Below, piece after piece: positions 38,377 to 52,296 of a DNA stretch of 64,000 bases. The translations under genes were made by a program, and so were the position numbers. The notes under the pieces are model-generated. The model was not told the DNA's origin and made no database searches. It saw only the letters and a program-made list of their open reading frames with translations. The DNA is from Octopus vulgaris. Taxonomy: Eukaryota. The first letter of the stretch is position 1, and the number at the start of each line of letters is the position of its first letter. The stretch covers positions 4,154,001-4,218,000 of the forward strand of contig OX597830.1 in assembly GCA_951406725.2 (NCBI GenBank), read 5' to 3'.

Positions 38377-39132
38377 ATATGTATAATAACTATGGCAGTT
38401 ATACATACAGAAAAAAGTGCAATTATCATGACAGCTTGGAAATTAAATAGAGTTAGTTGATAATTCCTTAGCTTTTACAAAACTCTGTAAATTACGATAA
38501 TTAATAGTTACCATATTAAAAAATTATAATAAACAAAACAGAAAATAGTGTATTTTCTATATTTATAAAGACTCATGTTATATGGTATAGTGCGTTAGCA
38601 TATTTCGGATAGGTCTGTGTTTAGTTGAAACCCAATCCAATTACCTTTAGGAATATATTCTTGTATAACCATTCCATTCATTCTCTCTTTCTCATTAATT
38701 ATATTAATTTGCATCTATAGAAGAGAACAAATATTTCCCTTACTGAATAGAATTTAATGAATACCATTAAACTAGGTTTCATTTACTGTGCAGTAATATA
38801 AGCAAGTGAATATCTCTGTGTTGCTGTTTTAATAACAGTGATATAATTCTACGCAAATTCCTGATACAACCACTTCGTTTACCAAGAAATTGTTCCAGAT
38901 TGTGTTTTTTTGTTTGGTTGTTTTTTTTCGTTTTGTTTTTTTTTTCTTGTTTGTTATTGCTGAAAAATGAATATGACATAATTTTAGGAGAAAAGAACAT
39001 GAAGACATGTTGGGTTAGCATCAGAACAGAAAATATGTTTTGTACTTTATTTTATTCAAGAAAGTTTTTGTCTAATTTTATAAGAGCTTAAGCAGAAAGA
39101 AGGAACATTGTAAACAGGTACACAGACAGACG

Positions 39133-39175
<43 letters not shown>

Positions 39176-39742
39176 ATTGTGAACGTATCCTGCCATTTTT
39201 TCTATTTTGTGTTCTTCAACATATATGTGTGTGTGTGTGTGTGTGAGAGAGAGAAAGAGAGAGAGAGACGATGGTAAATATTTCTCACCCTTTCGTCCCC
39301 TTTCTCTTTCTCTGTCTCTCTCTCTGTCTGTGTGTCTGCTTTTACAATGTTAGTTAGATGTGATGTACCATTCCTTACTTTCCACAGCAGAATCATAAAA
39401 ATCCTGAATGCTTTTTATAGAAGAACATTTATTACAGAACTGCAATACGTTATATTTTATAAAGGACACACTTACCAAAACAAATTTCCTATCAATAGAA
39501 GTTTTATTTCATTCTATATGGGCATACATATATCATGCGTGTGTGTGTGTGTGGGTGGGTATGTGAGTGCATGTGTGCGTGTATACAAAGTAATGAGATG
39601 TCAAGTGGTTTGAGATGATAAACAGAATAAATTTACTCTGTCCTGTAAGTATACGGAAGCTCTATGATTATGTGTCTGTCTCCATCTCTCTTGTGTTTCA
39701 CTTCTCTCTTTCAGTCTGCCTGTTTTTCTCTTTATCTAACTC

Positions 39743-39813
<71 letters not shown>

Positions 39814-40207
39814 TGTATTGCATTATGTATGTGTGAGCATGTGTGCATATAAATAGATTGGTTTAGGTATTGCCAGGTTGAATGGTTAAGATGTTCCTTT
39901 CAGCTTCATGACTTCCTGGATTTGATCTTATTGCATGACCTCTTGGACAAGTGACCTTTTCTCTAGCTTTTGTTAGTCCATGTCTTGCGAATGGTATAGG
40001 ATTGATGGGAAATGTGTCAAAGTTCACTGGGTGGCATGAACAAGTAGTTCAAAGTCTAGCCATACCACACTGGATTCTACTGATTCTGCCGGAGAATAAT
40101 ATTAAAGAAATATGGATCTGTCAAATACTCAACCACACTAATGAAAATGGCTGAGAATTCTATAGAGTAAGTTGATGAAGGAATGGAAACTTTATGGTTA
40201 GAAATAA

Positions 40208-40388
40208 TCCTTTCTACTCAAGGCACAAGGCCTGAAATTTGGGGGGAGGGGAACTTAATTTATTGACCCCGAAAGGATGAAAGGCAAAGTTGACTTCAAT
40301 GGAATTTGAACTCAAAACATGAAGATATATGAAATACTGCTAAGCATTTTGCCTGGCGCACTAATGATTCTGCCAGTTTGCTACCTTA
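40208..40388 (-). mobile_element. SINE family 2
   Basis: aggcacaaggcctgaaattt...gaccccgaaaggatgaaaggcaaagt...aatttgaactc. Confidence 0.75.
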
Positions 40389-40417
40389 AATAATAATAAT
40401 AATAATAAAGTGTGTGT

Positions 40418-40835
40418 GCAGGAGTGGTTGTGTGGTAAGTAGCTTGCTTACCAACCATATGGTTCTGAGTTCAGTCCCATTGCGTAGCACTTTGGTCAGG
40501 TGTCTTCTACTATAGCCTTGGGCCAACCAAGGCTTTGTGAGTGAATTTGGTAGACGGAATCTGAAAGAAGCCCGTCATATATATGTATATGTACATATAT
40601 GTGTGTGTGTGTTTGTGTGTCTGTGTTTGTTCCCCCCCCACCCACCCGCAACATTGCTTGACAACTGATGCTGGTATGTTTATGTCCCTGTAACTTAGCA
40701 GTTCGGCAAGAGAGACCTATAGAATAAGTACTAGGCTTACAAAGAATAATTCCTGGGGTCGATTTCCTCGACTAAAGGCAGTGCTCCAGCATGGCCACAG
40801 TCAAATGACTGAAACAATTAAAAGAGTAAAGAGTA
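40418..40835 (+). mobile_element. SINE family 1, best-preserved full-length copy
   Basis: tRNA-like head gcaggagtggttgtgtggtaag...gagttcagtccc, internal (TA/TG)n, 3' aaagagtaaagagta. Confidence 0.85.
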
Positions 40836-41427
40836 TGTAAAGCAAAGCAAAACTAAACTAAACTTTATCAATGATAAATAATGTTTATAATTCAAAATTA
40901 TCAGTTTGTATTTTATTTCAAGCTGATTCCAATCCTCAGAGGTATTATTGTCTATATTTGTTCATGGTTATTACGGCAGCCTGATATTTCCAAAGTCATT
41001 AAAAATTGGCTATTAATCTTTTGACCAGGAAAGTGATATATCAGTACAGATAATTTGCATTTCTGATTGATTTCAAAAGTTTGATTGTTTGAAGTTAGCA
41101 AAAAATATTATTGACATCATATATGTTTGTATTTAATTGTCTGTGCATACACAGACACATCGGTACATATTACGGTAACTCTGCTGCTTCCAAGAGTTTA
41201 AATAATCAGTTTTCTGTTTTATTTTCGTTTTGGTTTAGCAAAGGTTGGAATAATTTTTGTGTTAGTGAGTTTATGGAAATCATACAGGTTGGAGAGGGGG
41301 GTGATTTCAGATGAAATGGCTTTAAAGCAAATATATTTTCGATGACTGGTAAATGAGTGTAATATAAATGTGTGTGTGTGTGTGTGTATGTACTATATGT
41401 ACACAGACATATATATATATCTACATA

Positions 41428-42642
41428 CAGGGCTTGGACAAAATAACGAAATTACCTCATTAACTAAAAGTTCTATTAGTTAATAAATAGTTTGTTCACC
41501 TACGATGTCAATCACAGCTTTAATATGTCAAAGAATTGACTCATCCAGGTTCTGAATGGTTGTTATGGGAATTTGGAGTCATTCATCAAGTAAAACCTGC
41601 TTCAGCTCTTTGATGGAGGGAATCAATTCTTCACTTGCTGCTTCGAAATGTGCAATAAATGTTTGATTATATTGAGATTCAGTGATTGTGGGGGCCAGTC
41701 CTAGAAGTCGACTTCACTTTTGTGCTCTCCATACCGATTTTGAATGACTTTAGCTGTAAGTTATCAATTTGGAAGATTGCACTGCTATCAAGGAACAATT
41801 TTTACTCTAGGTTAGACATGATCTGCAAATATACTCATATAATCTTTGACTCTACCTTACAGAATAATTAAAAGGCCAAGTAAATTCTGTAATATGGCTG
41901 TTCAAATTATCACAGAGCCCCCTTCTGTATTTCACAGTAGGGGCCAAACAGTCAGGGCTGAACACGTCTTTGGGCTGTCTCTAGACATCAACTCACCCAA
42001 AGTGGGGAAAATGGGTGAATGATGATTCATTAGAACAAATGACATTGTGCTTTAGAGTCGTTGATCACTTCTGATAGTCTAGGAACCATTTTTTTCCACT
42101 TATCAACATTTATGATGGACAGAAAAAGTTTAGTGATTGCATCCCTGATTTGGTATCCAGTTTTATGGAGCTCATCATTGACAAAGGGTTTGCAAGGCGT
42201 CAGTTTAGCTCTGCTGTTATTTTTGCTGCAGTTGTTGAACTGTTTCCCAACAAAATACATTTGACTCTCCTGTTGCCCCTCGCTGCAAGCTTTGCCTTTC
42301 ATCCAGACTTATGATTGCCCAGAACTGGTTTTACTTTGATTTTAGAATGCCAACATGATTTCAAAGACTGTACTTTTCAAAACATTAAACAATTCAGCAG
42401 TTTTAATGACTGAAGCTGCAGCATTTCTTGCTCCAGCAATTCGTTCTCTCTGGAAGTCAGATAAGTCATGCATCTTAACTTATTTAAACATAAATATATG
42501 CCAAAAAACAAGAAGAGTCTATATCTTGAAGTACAATACATACATAAGTATACACAAACTAGAACTGTTTTGAATTTGCTATATTACCAAAAGAAAAATA
42601 ATTAATTAAAAATAGTGTTTTCATTAATTTGTCCACCTTCTG
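41428..42642 (-). mobile_element. Full-length decayed Tc1-like DNA transposon
   Basis: TA|cagggcttggacaaaataacgaaa ... tttcattaatttgtccaccttctg|TA: degenerate TIRs with TA target-site duplication. Confidence 0.85.
41481..42473 (-). pseudogene. Tc1-family DDE transposase pseudogene
   Basis: MHDLSDFQRERIAGARNAAASVIKTAELFNV (HTH), VICSNESSF (WSDES), PTVKY (PTVKHGGG), DWPPQSLNLNIIKHL (WPxQSPDLNxIE); frameshifts and stops. Confidence 0.88.
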
Positions 42643-43195
42643 TACACACACACACACACGTATATGTATATATATATATTTATATTAACGTCATGACAGA
42701 ATAGAATATTGAAAAGCTGTAATTTTATTCTGTCCAATGCTGTTATGAGCCCAACTTCATTTGTATGATGTTGAAAATATTCCGTCAAATTATCTCAATA
42801 ATGCTATTTTGAAATTCACAAATGACCCAAGGCTTGACTCCAGAGTCATATACTCTCTACAAAAATCGAACTCACACAACAACATAGTACTCAGCATTTT
42901 TTACTTCAGTGGTTCTGCCTTATTCCAAAAAATGAATGTTGATTCCAAAAAGCGAAACAGACCTCATAACATTCAGGTAGCGCTTACACAAAATTCCTTC
43001 AAGAAATACCCTACAAACTATCAGTTTCCAGACACTTTACAGCAAACAACAACTTCTTTCTAGAATGGACTCTGATATTCTGAGTCATGAAATAAAAAGC
43101 TACCCAAACCTATCTAAATTACACAAAAATATATATCCAGTTTTACATAGTTACAACTGGTATATATATTTGTGTGGAGCATGTAGATATATAAG

Positions 43196-43243
<48 letters not shown>

Positions 43244-43500
43244 CATGTGTGTGTGTTAGTGTGATTCATGAGATAGCAACAATAATTCTTTATTTGCATA
43301 AATAAAATTTATCATGCAAAAACTTGTTGGGTGAAAACATCATCCACATTTCTGGAGCCTTAGTACCACTGATACGTCAAGTATAAAATTTCAGCTGACC
43401 TTGTCAAGTCACTGGATCTTTCCTTACTTTTTTCATGGCATTTGATTTGTTTTGATTTATATGCACAAACATATATAAATATACATACAAACATTACATA

Positions 43501-43532
<32 letters not shown>

Positions 43533-43899
43533 TGTGTGTGTGTCGTTTCTCCTTACTTCCAATCTTGTTTTGCCCCATTTCTATTGTATTATTGTTATGT
43601 ACAACTTTTCTAACATTTCATTGTTTATAATTTGTGAATGCTAATAACGATATTGTTCCTCTGAGGTTTCTTGCCCTAAGCAAAAATGATGTGTCTTTGT
43701 AAAATTTAAAAGAGTTCCAGTGATGTCAATTATTTTCACTGTTTCCTATTCTGAATAAGGTTAAATATAATTCTTCAACCAATATCCAGTTTGTTTGCCT
43801 TCTATACATCTCCATCTATTGTTAGACAAGGTGTTCATTATTTATCTTTACCACTGCCACGTTGTCTAGATGTGTAGCATGCAGCCAATGAAGTTCCTC

Positions 43900-43979
43900 T
43901 CTGTTGTCCAAGTTATCCATGTTTCACATTTTTTTCTGAATTCTCCAAATTGCAAAAATAACTTATGGACACCCTGTAC
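43900..43979. mobile_element. Tc1/mariner terminal fragment
   Basis: Ends aataacttatggacaccctg|ta, a CAGGGTGTCC-type TIR plus TA. Confidence 0.5.
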
Positions 43980-44713
43980 TTCCCATTTTGCTGGTGTTAT
44001 CGGGTGGTTAAAATCTGTGCTGGAGTTCTGTGAAACAAAGTTGCATAGAAACACTGCTAGGGTTGCCCTCATTCCAAATAAGTATCATTTGCAGAGGAAG
44101 GCCACCCACCTTACAGCCCTAAGTATATAAGCCAGGCAACCATACTACCACACACAGAAATTCACATTTATTCATACACACACACACACACACGAAGGAG
44201 TGCTTATATATAAGTGTGTGAACATATACTAATAAATGGGAATTTCTGTGTGTCTGTATAGCTTTCTACATGCATACACACATATTTTATATGCAGTACA
44301 TATATTTATTGTATGTGTGTGTGTGCATGCATCCACACACACACACACACACACACATACATTCATTAATTTAACACAAATTAATGTTTATTTACTTTTC
44401 ATTACTTTCAATTTCCCTCTGATGTGATAATACTTTTTTGGCGATCAACATTCATCTGTGAAGGATGGTATCACAAAGTGCAATTCAATACCATATCCAC
44501 CAACTCCAGAGCTCCCACTGTTGTTGTTTGTTGTTGTTGTACATTCTTAGTAACAAGTAATTAGGATGGTTATCAACTGTTCCCAGCCATAAAGAGCCAT
44601 ATCTGCCAGGATACAGCGCTAACTAATTATTACCAAAAACCCTAGCCATAATAAAATGTTAATGATGTTTTCACCTATTTTTTTCTTCTTCATTAATTTC
44701 TTATCAGCTTCTG

Positions 44714-44727
44714 TTATTATTATTATA

Positions 44728-44765
<38 letters not shown>

Positions 44766-44890
44766 TATTATTATCATTATTATTACTATTATTATTATTA
44801 TTAGTATCATTATTATTACTATTATTATTATTATTATTATCATCATCATCATCATCATCATTATTACTATTATTATTATTATTCATTTTT
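44714..44890. repeat. (TAT/CAT)n compound microsatellite
   Basis: Direct reading; source of the poly-I and poly-N ORFs. Confidence 0.95.
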
Positions 44891-47689
44891 TATTGAGCGA
44901 ATCTAGTCATAAATTAAACATAAAATGCAGCTAGTCAGTGTAAACTGGTTTCACTGATCAAAAACAAAAACAAGACAAAACAAATCACATGCATTGAAAG
45001 TCAAATTTATAGCAAGACTGCTAAAATAATACCCTGGTTAGAAATGTCTGTATTCATACTCCATCATATTAAATTGCAGCATACAAATACACTGCATCAG
45101 TGCACTGTGATACATGCATGTTAATGCAGCATATCTGCACCCACTTGAAAGTGTGCTCAATATACTCGTATTACATGAGTGCAGATTTTTATGCCTGTGC
45201 AGCTTGCTAATTGCTTTAGTAATTTATGTCTAATTAGTTATATCTAAGGAATTCTATCAACTTTGCTACTGCTATTACAATCACTGTTACTGCTGCCACA
45301 TGTATACATACGTTGTCATCATCATCATCATCTTTTTAACGTCTACTTTTCCACGTTTGCATGGGTCAGATGGATTTCTCTATGGCCAGATACCCTTCCT
45401 GTTGCTAACCCTTACCTATTTCCCAGCAACGTAATATGTCCCCGTGAATGGATATGCTTGTATGGAAGGATGGAGGAAATGAAGGCTGCTGTTTGCATGA
45501 TGGTAGTACTTCTTTACAACAGACGTATGATATCAAGATGTGTGATATCAAGACAAACACTCACATATACCTCCTTGCACACACACACACACACACACAT
45601 GCATGCAAACATATATACATATACTTACACACACATGCATATATAAGTTATACATTTGTATAAATATATATGTATTTATCATCATCATCATCATCTGTAG
45701 AAAACAATGATGATGAGATATATATATATCCACACATCATGTCTCTCTCTCCCTTTCTCTCTCTCTCTCTTTCTCTCTCTCTGTATGTCTATATATATAT
45801 ACATATATATATTATGTCTATTTGTCTATATGTATGTGTGTATGCATGCTCACACACATGCATACAAATATGATGTGCATCTTTCAGTTTCCATCTACTA
45901 AATCCACTCACAAGGCATGGGTTACCTTGGGGTATAGTAGAAGACACTTGCCAGAGGAGGCCACAGAATGGAACTGAACCCAAGACCACATGACTGGGAA
46001 GTAACCTTCTTAACCAGTTAGCTATGTCTGTGCTTATCCATACCAACATAATTAATCTGACTGTGCATCACCGCATAAATCAACAGCCAATGATGAAGTG
46101 TGTAAAAGTCTGAACCATTGCAATTGAATTCTAACTAATCTTTTAAATAATGGATGATTGTTGACAAGTTACATCTGGAAACCTTAGGATCTGGTTGTTG
46201 CAGGAGCACAGAAACAGAAATTGACTCCTAATGGTAGGGTTGGGGGTGTATGCTATGTAAACATATCTTGACATGGCATATGACATGTATATTGATGTTT
46301 TACCAAAATTGGAACAAGGCTTGAAACTGGAAATCCTACTACTAGTAATGATTTCAAGGATTCTTTTCTTTTCTGTAATATAAAGGCTGAAACCGAAATT
46401 TCAAAACTGCTGACCTTGAGAATTGCTGGACAGTGGAGTGATTCAGTGTCTGCTGCTGCTGCTGCTGCTACTACTACTACTACTATTTACTACCAACAAT
46501 AGCAACAACGATGAGTTAATGTGGGTGGCCTTTACATGGTCACTCAACCTGCAAGAAAGAGCAACCAATTCTCCTCCCACCCTAATCTTATGTTGCTATC
46601 TTAAAACAGGAAGGCTATATCGATATAATGTTGCCTGGATACACTATTTCCTTGGAATGTCTTTGATCATAAGTCTGCTAACTAAATCAGAGTTTAACAC
46701 CAACATCAACAACATGAATGCTGATATCTTATTTTGGCATACTGCCACAATTTTGTCTGAGAATGGATATAGATGATTGAATATGAAGGCATGAAAGACA
46801 AAGTGAATTGCAACTCACAACAACATTAATGATAATAATAATGATAATATGATGATGATGATGATGATGATGATAACAATAACAACAATAATAATAATAT
46901 GATGATGATGATAATAATAATGGTTACTGATTTAAGCACAAGGCACAATTTTAAGGGGGAGAGCATAATCAATAATAATAATTGTTTCAAATTTTGGATC
47001 AAGGCCAGCAGTTTTGATGGGAGGATGTTAGTCAATACCATTGAAACCAGTACACAACTGGTACTTTATTTCATTGACTCTGAAGTGATGAAGGGTAAAG
47101 TTGACCCAGGCAGAATTTCAAGTCAGAATGCAAGGAACTGAAAGAAACACCACAAGGCATATATTGCAGTGCTATAATGATTTGTTTCAAACTTTGGCGC
47201 AAGGTCAGAAGGAGTGTGTCAGTTACCTCGACCCCAATACTCAACTGGTATTTATTTTATCAACTACCAAAAACAAGAAAGGCAAAGTCAACCTCGGTGG
47301 AATTTGAACTTAGAGCATAAAGGAAGAACACAGCAAAACGTCTCATCCCATACAGTAGCAACTCCGACAGCCCCTGACGATGACGACAATGCTGCTCCTG
47401 CTAAATTGGTGGTGATATTATTAGATTGTATTATTTGGTGTGAGCAGCCATTTGTAGTAACTGAGCATTATTTTAACTATTCCTCATTTTATGAGTATTT
47501 GATGGTCTGGAAATTCTAACTAAATATATATTGCCTGTTAGAATCATCTTTCAATGCAGTAGATTTAATATACTTTAATTTTAAAGGAATTGGGTTGTAT
47601 TGTTCGCCATGAAGTAGCTATTTCATTCTATGATCAGTTTTGATATAACTTAAATGAAACCAAAGTATAATGGCTTCTGATCCTCTGAA

Positions 47690-47900
47690 TTGGCTGATTT
47701 GATGCCACTACCTCTAAGGTAGCCATGACCCACTGATCCTACTTCCCTCTTGTCAAACTTGTTGCATCCTAACTCCTCAGACCCCACACTAACCATATAC
47801 CCAATCCTTTCTCCCCAGAATGTAGACCATCTGGAATTTCCTCTCTCCAAATGTCTTTCTTGCAATCATTGACTTAGAACAGTTTAAACAGAACAAGTAA
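47690..47900 (+). mobile_element. Highly decayed CR1/L2-group LINE 3' fragment
   Basis: cacactaaccatatacccaatcctttctccccagaatgtagaccatctggaatttcctc resembles the RTxxYxxSFFPRxxxLWNxLP ORF2 end. Confidence 0.4.
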
Positions 47901-48886
47901 CATCCTCGTGCTCATTGTTCTGTGAGGCTCTGCAAAAGGTTATGGGCACTGCCCCTTTCTTGAGACTTGGCAACTAACAAAACAGAAAGGAAAAGAGATT
48001 TTTGAGATTTTCAAATAACGATTGACTGGGTGAAATTGAAACCCCTCAAGTAAAACAATTGGCCTTAAGGTTGAAAATACTCAATATTGGCCCTGCATTC
48101 TTTGACCTAATATGGTGACATTTAGTTGTGTATTTTCATGAGTATTAAAAATGAAGCACTGCTTGGTATGCTGATATTCAGAGCACACAAAACCAGAATA
48201 CACACAGACATATATATCTGTGTGTATTTGTGTGTGTGTGTGTGTGTGTGTGTGTGAGTGTGTATGTGTGTGTGTGTGTGTGTGTGTGCATAGGCGGCCA
48301 GTATGGCTGCTTTGTAAGAAGTTTGCTTCTTACTAGTCTCATGGTTCCTGGTTCAGTCCCACTACATAGCAGCTTGGATAAGTGTCTTCTGTGAAAGCCT
48401 CAAACTCTACCAATGGATTTGGTAAAGAGAAACTGCAAGAAGCCCATGTGTGTGAGTGTGTCTTTGTGTCTGTTTGTCCCTCACCACTGCTTGACAGCCA
48501 GTGTTGACAACAGTTCTACAAAAGAGCCTGATAAAATAAGTACCAAGCTGTACACAAAAAGTTTTTAAATACTGGGTTGGATTCTACCAGGTGGTGCTCC
48601 AGAATGGCAACGATCTAATGACTGCAGCCATGCTAGGCTACTGTATGGAATAATTTTATTTAAACAAATTTACATCCAGATAAACAAATAGCAATAGGTG
48701 GGTTGTGGTTCACTGCAACTGTTTCATATGTGTTTTTATTGGTGAACAGAAGTGAGACATCATGCAAAAGAAAACCGTTTATACACATACTTCAGCTTCT
48801 CCAGATCACCTACACACCATTGTAATCAGATGACCCTTGTCATATTTTTGTTTATTCCTATTCTTGTTATTTCTGTAACATCTCAA

Positions 48887-49102
48887 CCCTTTTGTTACCA
48901 ACCTGGCTGAAACCGGCTCTGGCACTGAGTACAAATGTCTTGTTTTCATAATTTTCGAATGAAAATCTTCCACGAAACCTTAGTCACAGTTTATGTTCCT
49001 AATACTAGCTGAATGATAACTAAGTTATTTTACTAAATTCTTTGTTATTTTTAAATTGAAAGAAACACAGAGCACCTCAAAATAAATACAGTAATGAAAG
49101 GG
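48887..49102. mobile_element. piggyBac-like MITE
   Basis: tcaa|cccttttgttac ... gtaatgaaaggg|ttaa: CCC/GGG termini, TTAA-type target site, 216 bp. Confidence 0.7.
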
Positions 49103-50723
49103 TTAAACTGGCCATCACCTTCTAAAGATACCGGATAGTATTATTTTCCTCTCTCCTGTCCAACACACTGTTATTCACCCCTGTACTGACCCGCACCAAC
49201 ACAAAATGACCGCAGAGCAAATCACACTCAATTCTCTCAATACTCCAGTCTAGCTGACCGTCAAAGAATGCCACATTGCTTTTAGCTAGAATCCCACTGA
49301 GCAACGTTTTGGAGAAGTGTCTATTTTAGCTTCAGATTGTGCGAGTGGAATCTGGGAGACAAAAATTGTGCAGTTGTGTGTGTTCGTGTATGCAATTCTG
49401 TGCACCATTGCATTTATATTAGTGAAGGATATAAACAAGATAAAGGAAACAGAGAAAAACCAGGGGTTTGTGAACAAAGGTCATTAGCATTATTTGTTCT
49501 GCATTGAGTTACTGGCACTCCCTCATTGCTCTCACTGTCCAGTCAGTTAGTGATCAGCACTTCTGGAAGAAAATGCAATCCTTGACAGTACAAGACACTG
49601 TGATATAAATTTTAAAATGAAATAAAATTGAAACCATGGCCACCACCACTACTACAACTACTACTGATGTTACTACTCAGGCTTAATAAATAGAAAATTG
49701 AGCATGCACACATATGAAGATACATGCCCCCCCACACACACACAAACATGCATGTAAATTAAAAAGCATATATATATGCACGCACACAGTGCGAGGAGAG
49801 GGAAAAAATGTCAGTTTGGTGATAATCTCATTAAAAATACATGTATGTATCTATGTGATTTGAAAAACATCCTGCTTCAATTGAAATTTGTGTGACAAAA
49901 AGAGAATTTCATATTAAAATTACATTATTCACTTCTCCATTGCTGACACAATGCTGTTAATATGGATTTTCGGTAATCACTTCCTCTCAGAGAATCTCTC
50001 AGAAAATAACTATTTGCATATTGTCATATCCCTTTGTAATTTGAATGTGTGAAGGGAAGTAATACTCATACCAAACATCATAAATAATGGTTTGTTTTGT
50101 TTTGTTTTTTTATTCTTTCCTGGCTATGATATGAGTGTGTAAAGAGATACAAATATTTGCTTACATTCACATAGTCAAATATTCATAAACACACACTCCT
50201 GCTGCTATTTCTATTTATTTATTTATTCATTTACTCATTTACTTATTTATTTATTTTTACTCTTACGTGTACACATAACTTCATATTCACAGATATGGAC
50301 ACATGCTGAGATAAATACATACGCCACATGTACACACATGAGCATGCTCACCCACACACACACACACATGCACACACTCGTACACTGGTACACCCACCTT
50401 CTCTCTCACTCTCTCTTTCTTTCTCCTGGATTTCTTGTACAACCGTATAACCATATCATTTTTCTCTTATCCTGCATCTGACAATAATTCTTCATCTTCT
50501 TTCTGTCTTGTGGAAGCATATTTTAGTGATAACACAAGATTAGCCAGTAATTTGATCTCCTGAAACTGAAGCCAGGCAATATTTCTTATCACTTTTATTG
50601 TAGACCTATCTAGGTAAAACAAAAGCAAAACAACTACAAATAAAACAAAATAAATACATCATAGACAGTAATTTAGAGGTTAATGTAAACCTTTTGAGAA
50701 GCTTTATGGAAGTTACTATCCCA

Positions 50724-50757
50724 TTAGTATTATTAGTATTATTACTATTATTGTTGC

Positions 50758-50811
<54 letters not shown>

Positions 50812-50908
50812 TTATTATTATTACTATTACTATTATTATCATCTTCATTATTATTATTATTATTATCATCATCATTATTGTTATTATTACTACTACTACT
50901 ACTACTAC

Positions 50909-50978
<70 letters not shown>
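50724..50978. repeat. (TAT/TAC/CAT)n compound microsatellite
   Basis: Direct reading. Confidence 0.95.
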
Positions 50979-50979
<1 letters not shown>

Positions 50980-51310
50980 GTTTGGTGTGGGTGTGTGATT
51001 TTTTGTTTTTGTTTTTTGTCGAATTATCACAAGTGGAATCTTAAGCTTAAAGGAGTTTAAAAAGTTGCGTCGCTGCATGTTGTAAAATAGTTTTTTATTA
51101 GTCAAGATAGCGTGTCAAGATTTCTTGCTTTATCATGTGGTTTATTGTTTGACTTAAAAGATTATTTGGTTTTGTTCTTCTTGTTGTATTCATGGGATAA
51201 TGTGTGTTTGTACTAGTTTAATAATGTGAGTAATATCTCTAGTTTTCAAAATCTCTCTCACTATATATATATGTGTGTGTTAGTTTATGTAATACATAAG
51301 TGCTACATAT

Positions 51311-51360
<50 letters not shown>

Positions 51361-51636
51361 TATATATCATAAATATATATATATATATACACACACTTAT
51401 ATATCATAAATGGTGTGTTACGTCCTCGTAACTTAGCAGTTTGGCAAAAGAGACCATTTGAATAAGTACTAGGCTTGCAAGGAATATAGATCTATGATTG
51501 ATTTCTTCAACTAAAACCCTTTAAACTGGTGCCCTAGCATGGCCAAAATCAAATGATTGAAGAAGTAAAAGAATATTATATATATATATGTATATATATA
51601 ATATATACATATATATATATATTATATGTATTGTAT

Positions 51637-51679
<43 letters not shown>

Positions 51680-52251
51680 TTATACCTACATATATAATGT
51701 ATATATGTGTGTGTATATATATATGATGTATTTAATGCAGAAAGTATATATATAATTTATATTTGTGTGTGGGTGCATATGTGTGTCTTAGAATATGCTA
51801 GAATATCTGATGCTCTGATTCATCTACACTTAACAGAATCTATCTATCTACCTACCTACCTACCTACCTACCTTGCCCTCTGTCTATCTATCTCTATCTA
51901 TCTATCTATCTTTCTATCTAATTCTTCAAGACTTTCAAAATATTCTCTCTCTCCTCTCTCTCTTTCTCTCTTTCTCTTTATCAATGTCTTTCTCTCTCTC
52001 TTTCTCTATTTCTCTTTCTCAATGTCTTTTTCTCTATCTTTCCTGCCCACTTCCAGTCTTCCTCCTTCCTTCTTTCTTTTTGTCTTTCTTTCGTTTCTCC
52101 TTTCCTTCTTTCTTTCTTTCTTTCCTTCTTTCTCCTCTTGTGTGCTTTGGCTGTGTTTCAGTTTGCTGTTATGAAACAAAATAAGTTTGTATTTCATGTA
52201 TGTATATTCAAGTGGCTGTGAGAATCCAAAATGAAAATTAGATACCTGTAT

Positions 52252-52296
<45 letters not shown>

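Noticed and set aside
42761-43063. 100-aa ORF in unique sequence
   Set aside because: No recognisable motif, no ATG start, no clear splice sites
44619-44934. Poly-Ile/Asn ORFs (also 50606-51060, 51707-52338, 54255-54623, 56595-57186)
   Set aside because: Translations of microsatellites
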